In this document: in pieces, positions 41,807 through 51,668 of the stretch
How positions within the stretch are numbered: position 1 is the stretch's first letter
Layout of the letters: each line of letters begins with the position of its first letter
Origin: an uncultured Candidatus Rokubacteria bacterium
GTDB taxonomy: Bacteria; Methylomirabilota; Methylomirabilia; Rokubacteriales; DASRDR01
Direction of reading: 5' to 3'
Length of the DNA stretch: 64,000 bases
NCBI GenBank assembly: GCA_963826115.1
Contig: CAWGVS010000010.1
Coordinates: forward strand, 224,001 to 288,000
Notes under the pieces: model-generated
What the model saw: the letters and a program-made list of their open reading frames with translations, nothing else
What the model was told of the DNA's origin: nothing
Databases searched by the model: none
Position numbers and translations under genes: made by a program

Positions 41807-42847
41807 TCACCACGCGCGCGTCTCCCCGTGGCGGAGGATCCACACCCGCCCGGGGTCGAGGCTCAGGCGCCGGGCCTCGGCCAGGGTGCGGACCGGCGGC
41901 TCGCCGATGGGCTCGTCGGCGAGGTTGAAGGTCCCCCAGTGGATCGCGATCAGCCGGCGCGCGCCGATGTCCGTGAAGACCTGGAGCGCCTCCTCCGGCG
42001 TCAGGTGCGAGAACTGCATCATGGCCCGGGGCATGTACGCGCCGACCGGGAGCGCCCCGAGATCGAAGGGCCCGTAGCGCCGCCCGATCTCCTGGAAGAT
42101 CGGGGCGTAGTAGCCCGTATCCCCCGCGAAGTAGAAGCGCCGCTCCCGTCCGATCACCGCCCAGCCCGCCCAGAGGCGCTGGTTCTGGTCGAAGAGGGTG
42201 CGCGCGCTCCAGTGCTGGGTCGGCAGGCACACCACCGTGAGGCCCCGGACGGTGCGGCTCTCCCACCAGTCGAGCTCCTCGACGTCGTCGATCCCGATCT
42301 CGGCGAACCAGGCCTTGAGCCCGAGCGGCACGAGGAATTGCGGGCGATGGGTCGCCCAGAGGCGTTTGACCGTGGCGACGTCCAAGTGGTCGTAGTGGTC
42401 GTGCGAGACGACGACGAAATCGATCGGCGGCAGATCCTCGAACCGGAGGCCCGGCGGCGTCACGCGCCGCGGGCCGGCGAACGAGAAGGGACTCGCGCGC
42501 TCCGACCACTGGGGATCGGTCAGGAAGCTCACGCCCTCGAGCTGGACCAGGACGGTCGAGTGCCCGACCCAGGTCACGGTGGGCTCGCTCCCGTTCTCGC
42601 GAAGGGCGGCCCCGTCGTTCACCGCGACCGGGAACTCGGCGGACCGCGAGAACGTCGACTTGAGAAGGCGCGGGATGACGAAGCTCCAGCGCGTCCAGAA
42701 GCCGGGACGGGCGTACCCGGGGTTGAGGTTGCGGAAGCCGTGGTCGAGGTGATGGGACGGCCCGTCCGGATTCGGGGCGCCGGTTCCCTGGCAGGCCGCG
42801 CCCAGCAGGACGACGATCGCCAGGAGGCAGGGGAGGCCGGCCCGCAC
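41807..42847 (-). CDS. MBL-fold metallo-hydrolase (NAPE-PLD/RomA-like), probable lipoprotein
   Basis: LLGAAC lipobox-like segment, WVGHST, SHDHYDHLD, QHWSAR, FAGDTGY and IHWGTF. Confidence 0.87.
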   Translation of the reverse strand: MRAGLPCLLAIVVLLGAACQGTGAPNPDGPSHHLDHGFRNLNPGYARPGFWTRWSFVIPRLLKSTFSRSAEFPVAVNDGAALRENGSEPTVTWVGHSTVLVQLEGVSFLTDPQWSERASPFSFAGPRRVTPPGLRFEDLPPIDFVVVSHDHYDHLDVATVKRLWATHRPQFLVPLGLKAWFAEIGIDDVEELDWWESRTVRGLTVVCLPTQHWSARTLFDQNQRLWAGWAVIGRERRFYFAGDTGYYAPIFQEIGRRYGPFDLGALPVGAYMPRAMMQFSHLTPEEALQVFTDIGARRLIAIHWGTFNLADEPIGEPPVRTLAEARRLSLDPGRVWILRHGETRAW

Positions 42848-42931
42848 GGGGCGAGTATACGCGACGGGGTCGCGCTGGACCGAGTTTGGCGGGGCTTGAC
42901 ACTCCGGGCCGGGTTGTCTGAAGTACGCCTC

Positions 42932-43702
42932 GTGAGCCGGAAGGGTTACCTCCGCCTCGTCGACGCCTGCGCCCTGCCGGGCTGCCCGGTCTGCGCGTGC
43001 CTCCGCGACGTGGCGGGCCGCCACCTCGCGGCCGTCCTCGCCGAGCACGTGACGGATCCGGCGTCGCGCGCCCGCCTCGCCGAGGCGTGGGGGTTCTGCG
43101 CGGCGCACGCGACGGCGCTCCGCGAGATGCCGGAGGCCGCGCTCGGCACGGCGATCGTCTACCACGCCCTCGTGGAGCGCGCGTGCCGATGGCTCGACGA
43201 GGCGGCGCGGGCCGTGGCGCCGCCGCCCCGGCGGCGCGGCTGGCGCGCCCTCGTCGGGGACGCGGGGCGCGCGGCGACCGCGGCGCGGCCCCGCCGCGCG
43301 CCCTGCCCGGTGTGCGTCGAGCTGGTGGCGGCCGAGGCGAACCAGCTGGACGCGCTTCTCGCCGGCCTGGCCGCTCCGCCGCTCGGGCCCGCCTACGTGG
43401 CCTCGGACGGCCTCTGCCTCCCGCACCTCGACCTCGCCCTCGCGCGCGGCGGCGCCCGGCCGGAAACGGCGCGCCTCGTTGCCCTCACGCGGGAGAAGCT
43501 CCGGGCCCTCGCCGACGACCTGAAGCAGTTCGTCGACAAGCACGACCACCGCGTCGCCCGGCCGGTCTTCACCGACCGCGAGGCGGGCGCCTGGCGCCAG
43601 GCGCTCTCCCTCCTGGCGGGACGAGTGGAGGTCTTCGGCCCCGAGATGCCGCGAGGCCGGGCCGCGGGAGGCCGTCCTCCGCGGGCGAAGCGGACGCCGT
43701 GA
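42932..43702 (+). CDS. DUF6062-like protein with two CPVC...C..H metal-binding motifs
   Basis: GCPVC...GFCAAH and CPVC...GLCLPH, plus F..KHDHR. Confidence 0.7.
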   Translation: MSRKGYLRLVDACALPGCPVCACLRDVAGRHLAAVLAEHVTDPASRARLAEAWGFCAAHATALREMPEAALGTAIVYHALVERACRWLDEAARAVAPPPRRRGWRALVGDAGRAATAARPRRAPCPVCVELVAAEANQLDALLAGLAAPPLGPAYVASDGLCLPHLDLALARGGARPETARLVALTREKLRALADDLKQFVDKHDHRVARPVFTDREAGAWRQALSLLAGRVEVFGPEMPRGRAAGGRPPRAKRTP

Positions 43703-44496
43703 GCCACGAGGCGATCCCGGGACTCCGCCGCGTTCTGATCGGGATGGTCCACCTCCTCCCGCTGCCCGGCAGCCCGCGGTGGGGCGGCTCCATGGACGAG
43801 GTGGTCGCCCGCGCGGTGGCCGACGCGCGCGCGCTCGAGGCCGGCGGCTTCCACGCGTGCCTCGTGGAGAACTTCGGCGACGCGCCGTTCAGCCCGGGGC
43901 GCGCCGACCCGGCGAGCGTGGCGGCCGTCGCGCTCGCCGCCGCCGAGGTGCGCCGCGCCGTGGGCCTCCCCGTCGGGATCAACGTGCTGAAGAACGACGC
44001 CCAGTCGGCGCTCGCGGTGGCGGCGGCCGTGGGCGCCGCCTTCATCCGTGTCAACGTCCACGTGGGCGCGGTGGTCGGAGACCAGGGCGTGCTCCAGGGC
44101 GACGCCTACGGGACCCTCCGCTACCGGCGCCTCCTCGGGACGACGACCCGCCTCTTCGTCGACGTGGGCGGCAAGCACGCGGTCCCGCTCGCGCCGGTCG
44201 AGCTCGAGCAGGTCGCGCGGGACGCCGCGCACCGGGGGCTGGCCGACGCCCTCGTCGTCTCGGGCGTCGCCACCGGCGAGCCGACGCCGCTCGGCGACGT
44301 CAAGCGCGTGCGGGCCGCGGTCCCCGACCGGCCGATCCTGGTCGGCTCGGGCGTCGAGCCGGACACCGTGACGGAGCTCCTCCGCGTGGCCGACGGCGCC
44401 ATCGTCGGGACCTGGGTGAAGCGCGACGGCCGGACGACGGCGCCCGTCGATCCGGCTCGCGTCGCCGCCGTCGCCCGCGCCGCCCGCGCGGAGTAG
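43699..44496 (+). CDS. BtpA/SgcQ family TIM-barrel protein
   Basis: IGMVHLLPLPGSP, ENFGDAPF, GINVLKND, VSGVATG and GAIVGT.VK.DG. Confidence 0.9.
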   Translation: MSHEAIPGLRRVLIGMVHLLPLPGSPRWGGSMDEVVARAVADARALEAGGFHACLVENFGDAPFSPGRADPASVAAVALAAAEVRRAVGLPVGINVLKNDAQSALAVAAAVGAAFIRVNVHVGAVVGDQGVLQGDAYGTLRYRRLLGTTTRLFVDVGGKHAVPLAPVELEQVARDAAHRGLADALVVSGVATGEPTPLGDVKRVRAAVPDRPILVGSGVEPDTVTELLRVADGAIVGTWVKRDGRTTAPVDPARVAAVARAARAE

Positions 44497-44759
44497 CGCG
44501 TCGCCCTGCCGGATTGCGCCGTCCGTCCGGCAGGGGGCGAGAGAGCGCAGCGGTCTCCTGGAGATTCGTGGAGAGCGCCGCTCAGGGAAAGCTCGTACGC
44601 TCCTCGCGCATGGACGAGAGGGAACGGCGCATGCCTGAGTGGCTGCAGCCCGACCACTGTCCGTTCTGCGAGACCTGAGCCGGGGGAACGGGAACCGGCC
44701 ACTCCAACCGGGACCGTCGACCGGCGCAGTCTCGGTCGACCGAGCCCCGGACCGCTAGC

Positions 44760-45821
44760 TCAGACGCTCACCCAGCCCGAGCGGGCGGACTGGCGGACGG
44801 CGTCCAGCACCTTCTGGACGGCCACGCCGTCGCGGAACGTCGCGGCGGGCGCCACCGGCGCGCCGTCGAGGGCGGCCTGGACGAGGTGGTCCACCAGGCG
44901 GACGAACGACAGGCCCCAGAGCGACACGTACTGCATGCCCGGGGGCGTGGGGAGCGTCTCCGCCTCGGTCAGCTCCTGGAGCGTGTCGCCGAGCTTCCCG
45001 CCCCAGAGTCGGTCCGCCTCGTCGAGGACGAGTGAGCCGCCGTCGCCCCACACTTCCGCGCGCGGCCCGATGGCGTGCGTGGCGACGGAGCTGAGCACCA
45101 CCGTGGCGACCGCGCCGGAGCGGAAGCGGAGGGAGAAGCTCGAATAGTCGTCGGCGGTCACCCGGCGCCGGCCATGGCCGTCGGGGGCGGGCCGCTCCGG
45201 GACGAACGCGCCGATGGTGCCGGTGACGGCGACGATCTCCCCGAGCCAGTAGCGCAGGAGGTCGACCTGGTGGGACCCGACCGCGCCGAGGAGGCCGCCG
45301 CCCTGCGTCTCGTCGTACCACCAACCCCACGGCTTCGTGGGATCGTGGCGACCGGAGTTCACGATCGTCAGGAGCGCGTGGCGCGGCACGCCGATGAACC
45401 CGTCGTCGATCAGCCGCCGCACCTTCCGGCGGTTCGGATTGAAGCGGAGCTCGTGGTCGATCACGTGCACGCGTCGGGCCCGGTCGCCGTGCGCCAGCAT
45501 GTCCTCGGCCTCGGCCGTCGACATCGCCATCGGCTTCTCGCACAGGACGTGCCGGCCGGCGGCGAGCGCGGCGAGCGCCATCGGGTGGTGGAGCGACGGC
45601 TGCGTCGTGATGCTCACCAGGTCGAGGTCGGCGGCGACGAGCTTCCGCCAGTCGTCGAAGGCGTGCGGCACGCCGAGGGCGTCGGCCGTCTTCTTCGCCT
45701 TGCCGGGAGTCCCGCTCGCCACCGCCACGACCTCCGCGCGCGCGTGCGCCCGGAAGGCGGGAATCTGGACGAGCGAGCCGAAGCCAGTGCCAATCATGCC
45801 GACGCGGAGCCGCGAGGCCAT
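44760..45821 (-). CDS. Gfo/Idh/MocA family oxidoreductase
   Basis: IGTGFG, HVLCEKPM, HELRF and GGGLLGAVGSH. Confidence 0.9.
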   Translation of the reverse strand: MASRLRVGMIGTGFGSLVQIPAFRAHARAEVVAVASGTPGKAKKTADALGVPHAFDDWRKLVAADLDLVSITTQPSLHHPMALAALAAGRHVLCEKPMAMSTAEAEDMLAHGDRARRVHVIDHELRFNPNRRKVRRLIDDGFIGVPRHALLTIVNSGRHDPTKPWGWWYDETQGGGLLGAVGSHQVDLLRYWLGEIVAVTGTIGAFVPERPAPDGHGRRRVTADDYSSFSLRFRSGAVATVVLSSVATHAIGPRAEVWGDGGSLVLDEADRLWGGKLGDTLQELTEAETLPTPPGMQYVSLWGLSFVRLVDHLVQAALDGAPVAPAATFRDGVAVQKVLDAVRQSARSGWVSV

Positions 45822-45852
45822 CCGGGATCCCTCCGAGGTGGTGAGTCGGTGG

Positions 45853-46992
45853 TCAGGGGGTCTTGAGTGCCGCCAGGATCGGGCGCCCGAAGGCGTCGAC
45901 GCGCCAGCGGCGGAGCCCGGGCACGCTCCGGAGCCCCGCGAGGTCGGTCGGCGGGTCGAGCGCGAGCGCGTCGATCAGGCGCTGGGGGAGGAGCACCCCC
46001 GGGTCGAGGCCCGAGCCTTCGGAGGTCTCCGTCCGCCACTTCTTGAGCGACTCCGCGCGCAGGCGGCTGGCGTTCGTGACGACCGGCCGCATCGGCCGTG
46101 GCGCCCGGGGCGGCTCGGGCATGGGCTCCGTGAGCCCGCGCGCCGTGGCCGCCAGGAGGCCCTCGCCGTACCGCTCGACGAGCCGAGGGCTCAGGCCCGG
46201 CACGCCCGCGAGCGCGGCCGGCTCGGCCGGCAGCCGCTCGGCGAGCGCGATGAGGGTCTCCGGGCTCAGGACCTTGAAGGGCGGCCGGTGCTCGGCCCGC
46301 GCCCACGCCTCCCGCTGGAGATAGAGCGCGCGGAGCACGGCCAGCCCGCGCGGCAGGAGCCGCGAGGCCCCCCGGATCCGGCGGTACGCGTCCTCGTCGG
46401 AGAGTCGCTCGGGGACGGGCAGCGCCGCCAGCGCCTCGCACTCCTCGTCGAGCCAGCTCTCGCGACCGATCGCGCGGAGCTCGACGACGAGCCGCTCCCG
46501 GAGCGGGATCAGATGGCGCACGTCCTCCGCGGCGTAGTGCTCCTGCGCCGGCGTCAGCGGCCGGCGCGCCCAGTCCGTCTTCTGCTGCGACCGGGCCGCC
46601 GGGACGTCCATGTACTTCAGGAGCAGACGCTCCAGGCCGAGCTCCCGGACGCCCAGGAAGCGCGCCGCGAGCATGGTGTCCGACAGGCCCGCGAACGCGA
46701 GACCGAACCGGCGCTTCAGGTACACCACGTCGTTGTCGCCGCTGTGGAACACCTTCAGGGTCGCGGGGTCCGCGAAGAGGGGACGGAGGGGCTCGAGGTC
46801 CACGAGGGCCAGCGCGTCCAGGAAGAAGACGCGACTCCCGGGGTCGGCCACCTGGATCAGGCAGAGGCGCTCGGGATAGTGGTGGAGGCTGTCCGCCTCG
46901 GTGTCGATGGCGATGGCCGGGACGCCCTGGAGGTCGCGGGCGAGCGCCTCGGCCTCGTCAGCGGTCCGGATCCAGACGGGGGCGGGCCACAC
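45853..46992 (-). CDS. rnd: Ribonuclease D-like 3'-5' exonuclease with HRDC domains
   Basis: AIDTEADS..HY...LCLIQ, KVFH...D, DW..RPL...Q..YAAEDV, and C-terminal HRDC regions. Confidence 0.85.
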   Translation of the reverse strand: MWPAPVWIRTADEAEALARDLQGVPAIAIDTEADSLHHYPERLCLIQVADPGSRVFFLDALALVDLEPLRPLFADPATLKVFHSGDNDVVYLKRRFGLAFAGLSDTMLAARFLGVRELGLERLLLKYMDVPAARSQQKTDWARRPLTPAQEHYAAEDVRHLIPLRERLVVELRAIGRESWLDEECEALAALPVPERLSDEDAYRRIRGASRLLPRGLAVLRALYLQREAWARAEHRPPFKVLSPETLIALAERLPAEPAALAGVPGLSPRLVERYGEGLLAATARGLTEPMPEPPRAPRPMRPVVTNASRLRAESLKKWRTETSEGSGLDPGVLLPQRLIDALALDPPTDLAGLRSVPGLRRWRVDAFGRPILAALKTP

Positions 46993-47041
46993 GCCCCAAG
47001 GATACCAGGGGGCGCCGGCCAGCGGGGGCCGGCCGTCCGGG

Positions 47042-48004
47042 TCAGTCCTCCTCGGTCCAGCGCTCCATCAGGCGGGCGCCGAGCGACCGGTGACCGAGGA
47101 AGAAGTACGTGATCATCGCGACCGACGCGAGCAGGTTCCCGATCGCCACGTTCCACCAGGGGAGCGCCCCGGCCAGCAGGGCGTCGAGCGCCTCGAGGAA
47201 CCCGAAGAAGAAGATCTGGAAGCAGAGGAACAGGACGAAGAGGCCCAGCAGGATCCGCGGCTCTCGCTCGGCGCCCAGGAGGAACGCGGCGACCGCGATC
47301 CCGAAGAACGCGAAGACCGCGAAGTGGAAGACGGTGTACCCGGCCACGACGTCGAGCCGTGGGATCAGGTGCTCCGGGTCGCGGAGCCCCTGGAGGACCG
47401 CCGCGCCCAGGAGCGCGGGCGTGTAGAGGGGCCGCAAGCGGATGGCGTCGTAGAGGAGGAACCACACCGCGACGACCGAGCCGCCGAGGAGTCCGGCCAC
47501 CATTCCCTCGCGGACGACGTCGACCCAGCGGCCGATCAGGCTCCGCGCGAGCCCGGGGTGGCACCGGTGGAAGTAGTAGAGCATCGCCGCCGAGGCGACG
47601 AGGTTTCCGGCCAGGATCTCCCACCACGCGAGCACCCCCAGGACGGGGAGCGCCCAGAAGGCGATCAGCGCCAGGAAGAAGACCTCGAAGGCCGCGAAGA
47701 AGATGAGGAGCGCGAGGACCATCGCCGGCTCGCGCTCGGCGCTCGCCACCAGGAACGCGGCGATGAGCCCGACCGCGATGAAGCCGAGGCCGTGGATGAT
47801 CGTGTAGCCGAGGATCGAACCTGCCGACACGGTCGCGAGGTTCGGGTCGCGGATGCCCTTCAGGATCGCCGACCCGAGGATCGCGGGGCTCTGAAGCGGC
47901 GCGCCGCCCGCGATGTCGAAGAGCAGGATGAGGATCGCCACCGCGGCGGCGCCGATGAGACCCGCCACGACTCCCTCGCGGACGATGCGACTCTCAGCCG
48001 CCAT
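47042..48004 (-). CDS. Uncharacterised multi-TM protein with an internal duplication, last gene of the oxidase operon
   Basis: Two homologous halves beginning IVREGVVAGLIG and VVREGMVAGLLG. It overlaps the ctaG stop. Confidence 0.8.
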   Translation of the reverse strand: MAAESRIVREGVVAGLIGAAAVAILILLFDIAGGAPLQSPAILGSAILKGIRDPNLATVSAGSILGYTIIHGLGFIAVGLIAAFLVASAEREPAMVLALLIFFAAFEVFFLALIAFWALPVLGVLAWWEILAGNLVASAAMLYYFHRCHPGLARSLIGRWVDVVREGMVAGLLGGSVVAVWFLLYDAIRLRPLYTPALLGAAVLQGLRDPEHLIPRLDVVAGYTVFHFAVFAFFGIAVAAFLLGAEREPRILLGLFVLFLCFQIFFFGFLEALDALLAGALPWWNVAIGNLLASVAMITYFFLGHRSLGARLMERWTEED

Positions 48005-48821
48005 GCGCCGTCGCCTCCACCGGACCGACCGGGGCCTCGCCGTCCTCGCGGGCCTCGGGTCCGGCCCACCGGAAGAACACCACCGTCCCCGCCACCAGGT
48101 AGCCGAACGTCCCGCCCACCCACATGAGGACCCCGGCCAGCTCCTGGTCCAGCCGGGGCGCGAGCGGCCACGCGCCGCCGGCCGTCGCGTAGAAGGGGTA
48201 GAGCAGGTCCTCGGCGAGCGTGATCGGGGCGGCGATCGCCATCATCGGGATCGTGGCCAGGAAGAGATAGAGGAGCTGGGCGGGCGGGCCCGGCCGCGGC
48301 CACTCGGGCGCCGGGCCGGCGACCGGCCACCAGAGCAGCAGCCCCGACGCGAGGAACGTCACGTGCTCCAGCGCGTGGAGCCGCTCCACGCGGAGGGCGG
48401 CGTCGAACGCCAGCGGCAGGTGCCAGACGACCTGGACCGCGGAGGCGATGGCGAGCGCGGCGAGCGGCCGGGTGAGCCACCAGCCGGCTCGCCCGACGAC
48501 GGGCGTCCGGGCGAGCGGCGCGACGAGTCCGGGCGGCAGCCCCCGGAGCCACAGGAGCGGCACGACCAGGATCAGCAGAAGGTGCTGGACCATGTGGGCC
48601 GAGAGCGCGGCGTGCTCCGCCCAGCCGGCCAGCGGTCCGAGGACCGAGCCGGCGAGGATCAGGGTGCCTCCGAGGAACGCCGCCACGCGCGCTCGCCCGG
48701 GGGGCGGGCCCCAGCCGAACCGGCGCCGCAGCACGCCGGTCGCCAGGAGATAGCCCGCCACGAGGGCCTCCAGGCCCAGCGCCACCTCCGGGTGCCAGTG
48801 GAACGCGGTCATCGCGCTCAC
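47994..48821 (-). CDS. ctaG: Cytochrome c oxidase assembly factor (caa3-type CtaG)
   Basis: SAHMVQHLLL, WHLP, HALEH and DQELAGVLMW. Confidence 0.85.
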   Translation of the reverse strand: MSAMTAFHWHPEVALGLEALVAGYLLATGVLRRRFGWGPPPGRARVAAFLGGTLILAGSVLGPLAGWAEHAALSAHMVQHLLLILVVPLLWLRGLPPGLVAPLARTPVVGRAGWWLTRPLAALAIASAVQVVWHLPLAFDAALRVERLHALEHVTFLASGLLLWWPVAGPAPEWPRPGPPAQLLYLFLATIPMMAIAAPITLAEDLLYPFYATAGGAWPLAPRLDQELAGVLMWVGGTFGYLVAGTVVFFRWAGPEAREDGEAPVGPVEATAHGG

Positions 48822-49174
48822 CCGGCGCCCGCCGGCGTCCCGCCGGTCGTGCCGATGTGATGGAAGAGCCAGAGAAGGGCCACGGCGAGCCCGACCGCCA
48901 TGATGAGGGGCACGACGAAGACGTAGGAGAACCAGGCGTGGTCGAACCGGAGGTGCATGTAGAACATGGCGACCAGCGCGAACTTGAGCGTCGAGAGGAT
49001 CAGGAGGATCGGGACGAGGACGCGGGCCAGGGCCGGGACGTAGAAGATCCAGACCTCCATCACGGTGATCGCCAGCAGGAAGGCCGCGACCACCAGATAG
49101 GTCCGGGCGCCCGCGCCCGTGTGGACCGCGCCGGTCGAGTGCCCGGCCTCGCTCTTCGTTGCCTCTCCGCTCAC
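48818..49174 (-). CDS. Cytochrome c oxidase subunit IV
   Basis: LLAIT..EV and KFALVAMFYMHLRFD. Confidence 0.85.
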   Translation of the reverse strand: MSGEATKSEAGHSTGAVHTGAGARTYLVVAAFLLAITVMEVWIFYVPALARVLVPILLILSTLKFALVAMFYMHLRFDHAWFSYVFVVPLIMAVGLAVALLWLFHHIGTTGGTPAGAG

Positions 49175-49205
49175 GTCCGCCGCCTTCCTCGAAGCCGCCC
49201 TGATC

Positions 49206-51668
49206 CTACTGGATCAGGTAGACCAGGGTGAAGATCGCGATCCACACGACGTCCACGAAGTGCCAGTAGAGCCCGACCATGTCCACGACCGCCTCGTCCC
49301 GGGCGCCGAGCCGGCCGCGCGTCAGGAGGACCCAGAGCGTCAGGAGCCAGAGCACGCCGACGGTGACGTGGGCGCCGTGGAAGCCGACCATCACGTAGAA
49401 CGTCGCGGCGAAGAGGTTCGTCGTGAGCCCGAGCCCCTCGTGGACGAAGTGGCTGAACTCGTAGACCTGGCCGGCGAGGAACACGCCCCCGAGGGCGGCC
49501 GTCGCCAAGAGCCAGCGTCTGGCCGCGCGGACGTCGCGCGCCTGGATCGCGGCCACGCCGAGCACCATCGTCAGGCTCGACATCAGGAGGACGAAGGTGC
49601 TGATCGTGATCAGCGGGATGTTCAGGACGTCGTGGGGGTAGGGGCCCTGGAGGCTCCGGCCCCGGTAGACCATGTAGGTCGAGATCAGCGTGCCGAAGAA
49701 GAGGCACTCCGAGCCGATGAACACCCACATGCCGAGCTTCCGGTGGTCGAGGCCCGTCGCCCCGATGTGGGGATCCTCGCGGCCGTGGGCCGCGTGGCCG
49801 CTCTCGTCCGCGCGGGCCGGGACGAGCTCGGTCGCGAACCCGAGGACCGCGAGCGCGGTCAGGAGGCCCCCGAGGATCACGACCCCCAGGTGGAGCAGTG
49901 CCCCCGACACCAGCACGATCATCGCGAGGGCGGTCAGGAGGGGCCAGTGGGACGGCGCCGGCATGTGGATCGCCCCGACCGGCGCGACGAGCGCGCGGGG
50001 ATCCTCGAGGCCCGGCCCGCGCGCGTCGGGATGCTTGGTGAGCCAGAGGGCGTCCCGGCGGCGGACCGTCGGGAGCGACGCGAAGTTGTAGGCGGGGGGC
50101 GGGGAGGGGATCGCCCACTCGAGCGTCCGGCCGTCCCAGGGGTCGGGGCCCGCGGGGGCGCCCGCCCGGAGGCTCCGCGCGACGTTCGCGAGGAACACGA
50201 GCATCGAGACGCCCTGGGTGATTGCGCCGATCGTGCAGACCAGATTCCAGAAGTCCCAGCCGAGCCCCGGCGCGTAGGTGTAGATCCGCCGCGGCATGCC
50301 CATGAGCCCCAGGAAGTGCATGGGAAAGAACGTCAGGTTGAAGCCGATCAGCATGAGCCAGAAGTGGACGATCCCCAGGCGCTCGTCGAGGAGCCGCCCC
50401 GTCATCTTCGGGAACCAGTAGTAGATACCGGCGAAGAGCCCGAGCACCATGCCGCCGAACAACACGTAGTGGAAGTGCGCCACGATGAAGTAGGAGTCGG
50501 TCTGCTGGAGGTCCACGGGCGGTGAGGCGTGCATGATCCCGGAGAGGCCGCCGATCGTGAACATGGCCACGAACGAGGCGGCGAAGCAGAAGGCCGTCCG
50601 GAACCGAAGCGAGCCGCCCCAGAGGGTCGACAGCCAGTTGAAGATCTTGATGCCGGTCGGGATGGCGATCAGCATCGTCATCAGCGAGAAGGCCGAGTCG
50701 GCAATCGGGCCCATGCCGACCGCGAACATGTGGTGGGCCCATACGCCGAAGCCCAGGAAGCCGATGAGCGCCGTCGCGTAGACCATCGACGGGTAGCCGA
50801 AGAGCGGCTTCCGCGCGAAGGCCGGCAGCACCTCAGAGACGATCCCCATCGCCGGGAGGATCAGGATGTACACCTCGGGATGGCCGAAGATCCAGAAGAG
50901 GTGCTGCCAGAGGAGCGGCGAGCCGCCGCCGGCGGGGATGTAGAAGGAGGTCCCGAAGAAGCGGTCGAACATCAGGAAGATCAGGGCGACCGTGACCGGC
51001 GGGAAGGCGAGGAGGATGAGGACGTTCGTGACGATCGTCGTCCAGACGAAGATCGGCAGCCGGAGGAAGGTCATTCCCGGCGCGCGTAGGTTGAGGATGG
51101 TGACCAGGAAGTTGATGGACGCGAGGATGCTCGACGTCCCGAGGAAAATGAGACCGAAGAGCCAGAAGTCCGAGTTCGGGCCGAGGGAGAACGGCTTGGT
51201 CGTGAGTGGCGCGTAGCCGAACCACCCGGCGTCCGGCGCGGCGCCCACGAACCAGCTGGCGTTCAGGAACAGCCCGCCGAGGAGGAAGACCCAGTAGGAG
51301 AAGGCGTTGAGCCGCGGGAAGGCGACGTCCCGCGCGCCGATCATGAGCGGGATCATGTAGTTGAAGAACGCGGCCGAGAGCGGCATCACTGCCAGGAAGA
51401 CCATGCTCGTCCCGTGCATGGTGAAGAGCTCGTTGTAGCGCTGGGCGCTCAGCAGCTGGCCGTCGGGGCGCGCCAGCTGGAACCGGATCAGCAGCGCCTC
51501 CACCCCCGCGATCAGGAAGAACGCGAGCGCCGTCGAGCCGTAGAGCAGACCGATCCGCTTGTGGTCGACCGTGGTGAGCCACGCGGCGAGACCGCGGCCC
51601 TCGGCGGCCGGCATGGCGTGAGCGGCGGCGGCGACCGACGCGGCGTGACCGTGGGTGGGTGGGCTCAC
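49206..51668 (-). CDS. ctaD: Cytochrome c oxidase subunit I fused to subunit III (A1-type, caa3-like)
   Basis: TVDHKRIG, TMHG, GHPEVY, WAHHMF, AHFHYV and GMPRR. Then in frame GMWVFIGSE, FHGAHV and LYWHFVDVVW. Confidence 0.92.
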   Translation of the reverse strand: MSPPTHGHAASVAAAAHAMPAAEGRGLAAWLTTVDHKRIGLLYGSTALAFFLIAGVEALLIRFQLARPDGQLLSAQRYNELFTMHGTSMVFLAVMPLSAAFFNYMIPLMIGARDVAFPRLNAFSYWVFLLGGLFLNASWFVGAAPDAGWFGYAPLTTKPFSLGPNSDFWLFGLIFLGTSSILASINFLVTILNLRAPGMTFLRLPIFVWTTIVTNVLILLAFPPVTVALIFLMFDRFFGTSFYIPAGGGSPLLWQHLFWIFGHPEVYILILPAMGIVSEVLPAFARKPLFGYPSMVYATALIGFLGFGVWAHHMFAVGMGPIADSAFSLMTMLIAIPTGIKIFNWLSTLWGGSLRFRTAFCFAASFVAMFTIGGLSGIMHASPPVDLQQTDSYFIVAHFHYVLFGGMVLGLFAGIYYWFPKMTGRLLDERLGIVHFWLMLIGFNLTFFPMHFLGLMGMPRRIYTYAPGLGWDFWNLVCTIGAITQGVSMLVFLANVARSLRAGAPAGPDPWDGRTLEWAIPSPPPAYNFASLPTVRRRDALWLTKHPDARGPGLEDPRALVAPVGAIHMPAPSHWPLLTALAMIVLVSGALLHLGVVILGGLLTALAVLGFATELVPARADESGHAAHGREDPHIGATGLDHRKLGMWVFIGSECLFFGTLISTYMVYRGRSLQGPYPHDVLNIPLITISTFVLLMSSLTMVLGVAAIQARDVRAARRWLLATAALGGVFLAGQVYEFSHFVHEGLGLTTNLFAATFYVMVGFHGAHVTVGVLWLLTLWVLLTRGRLGARDEAVVDMVGLYWHFVDVVWIAIFTLVYLIQ

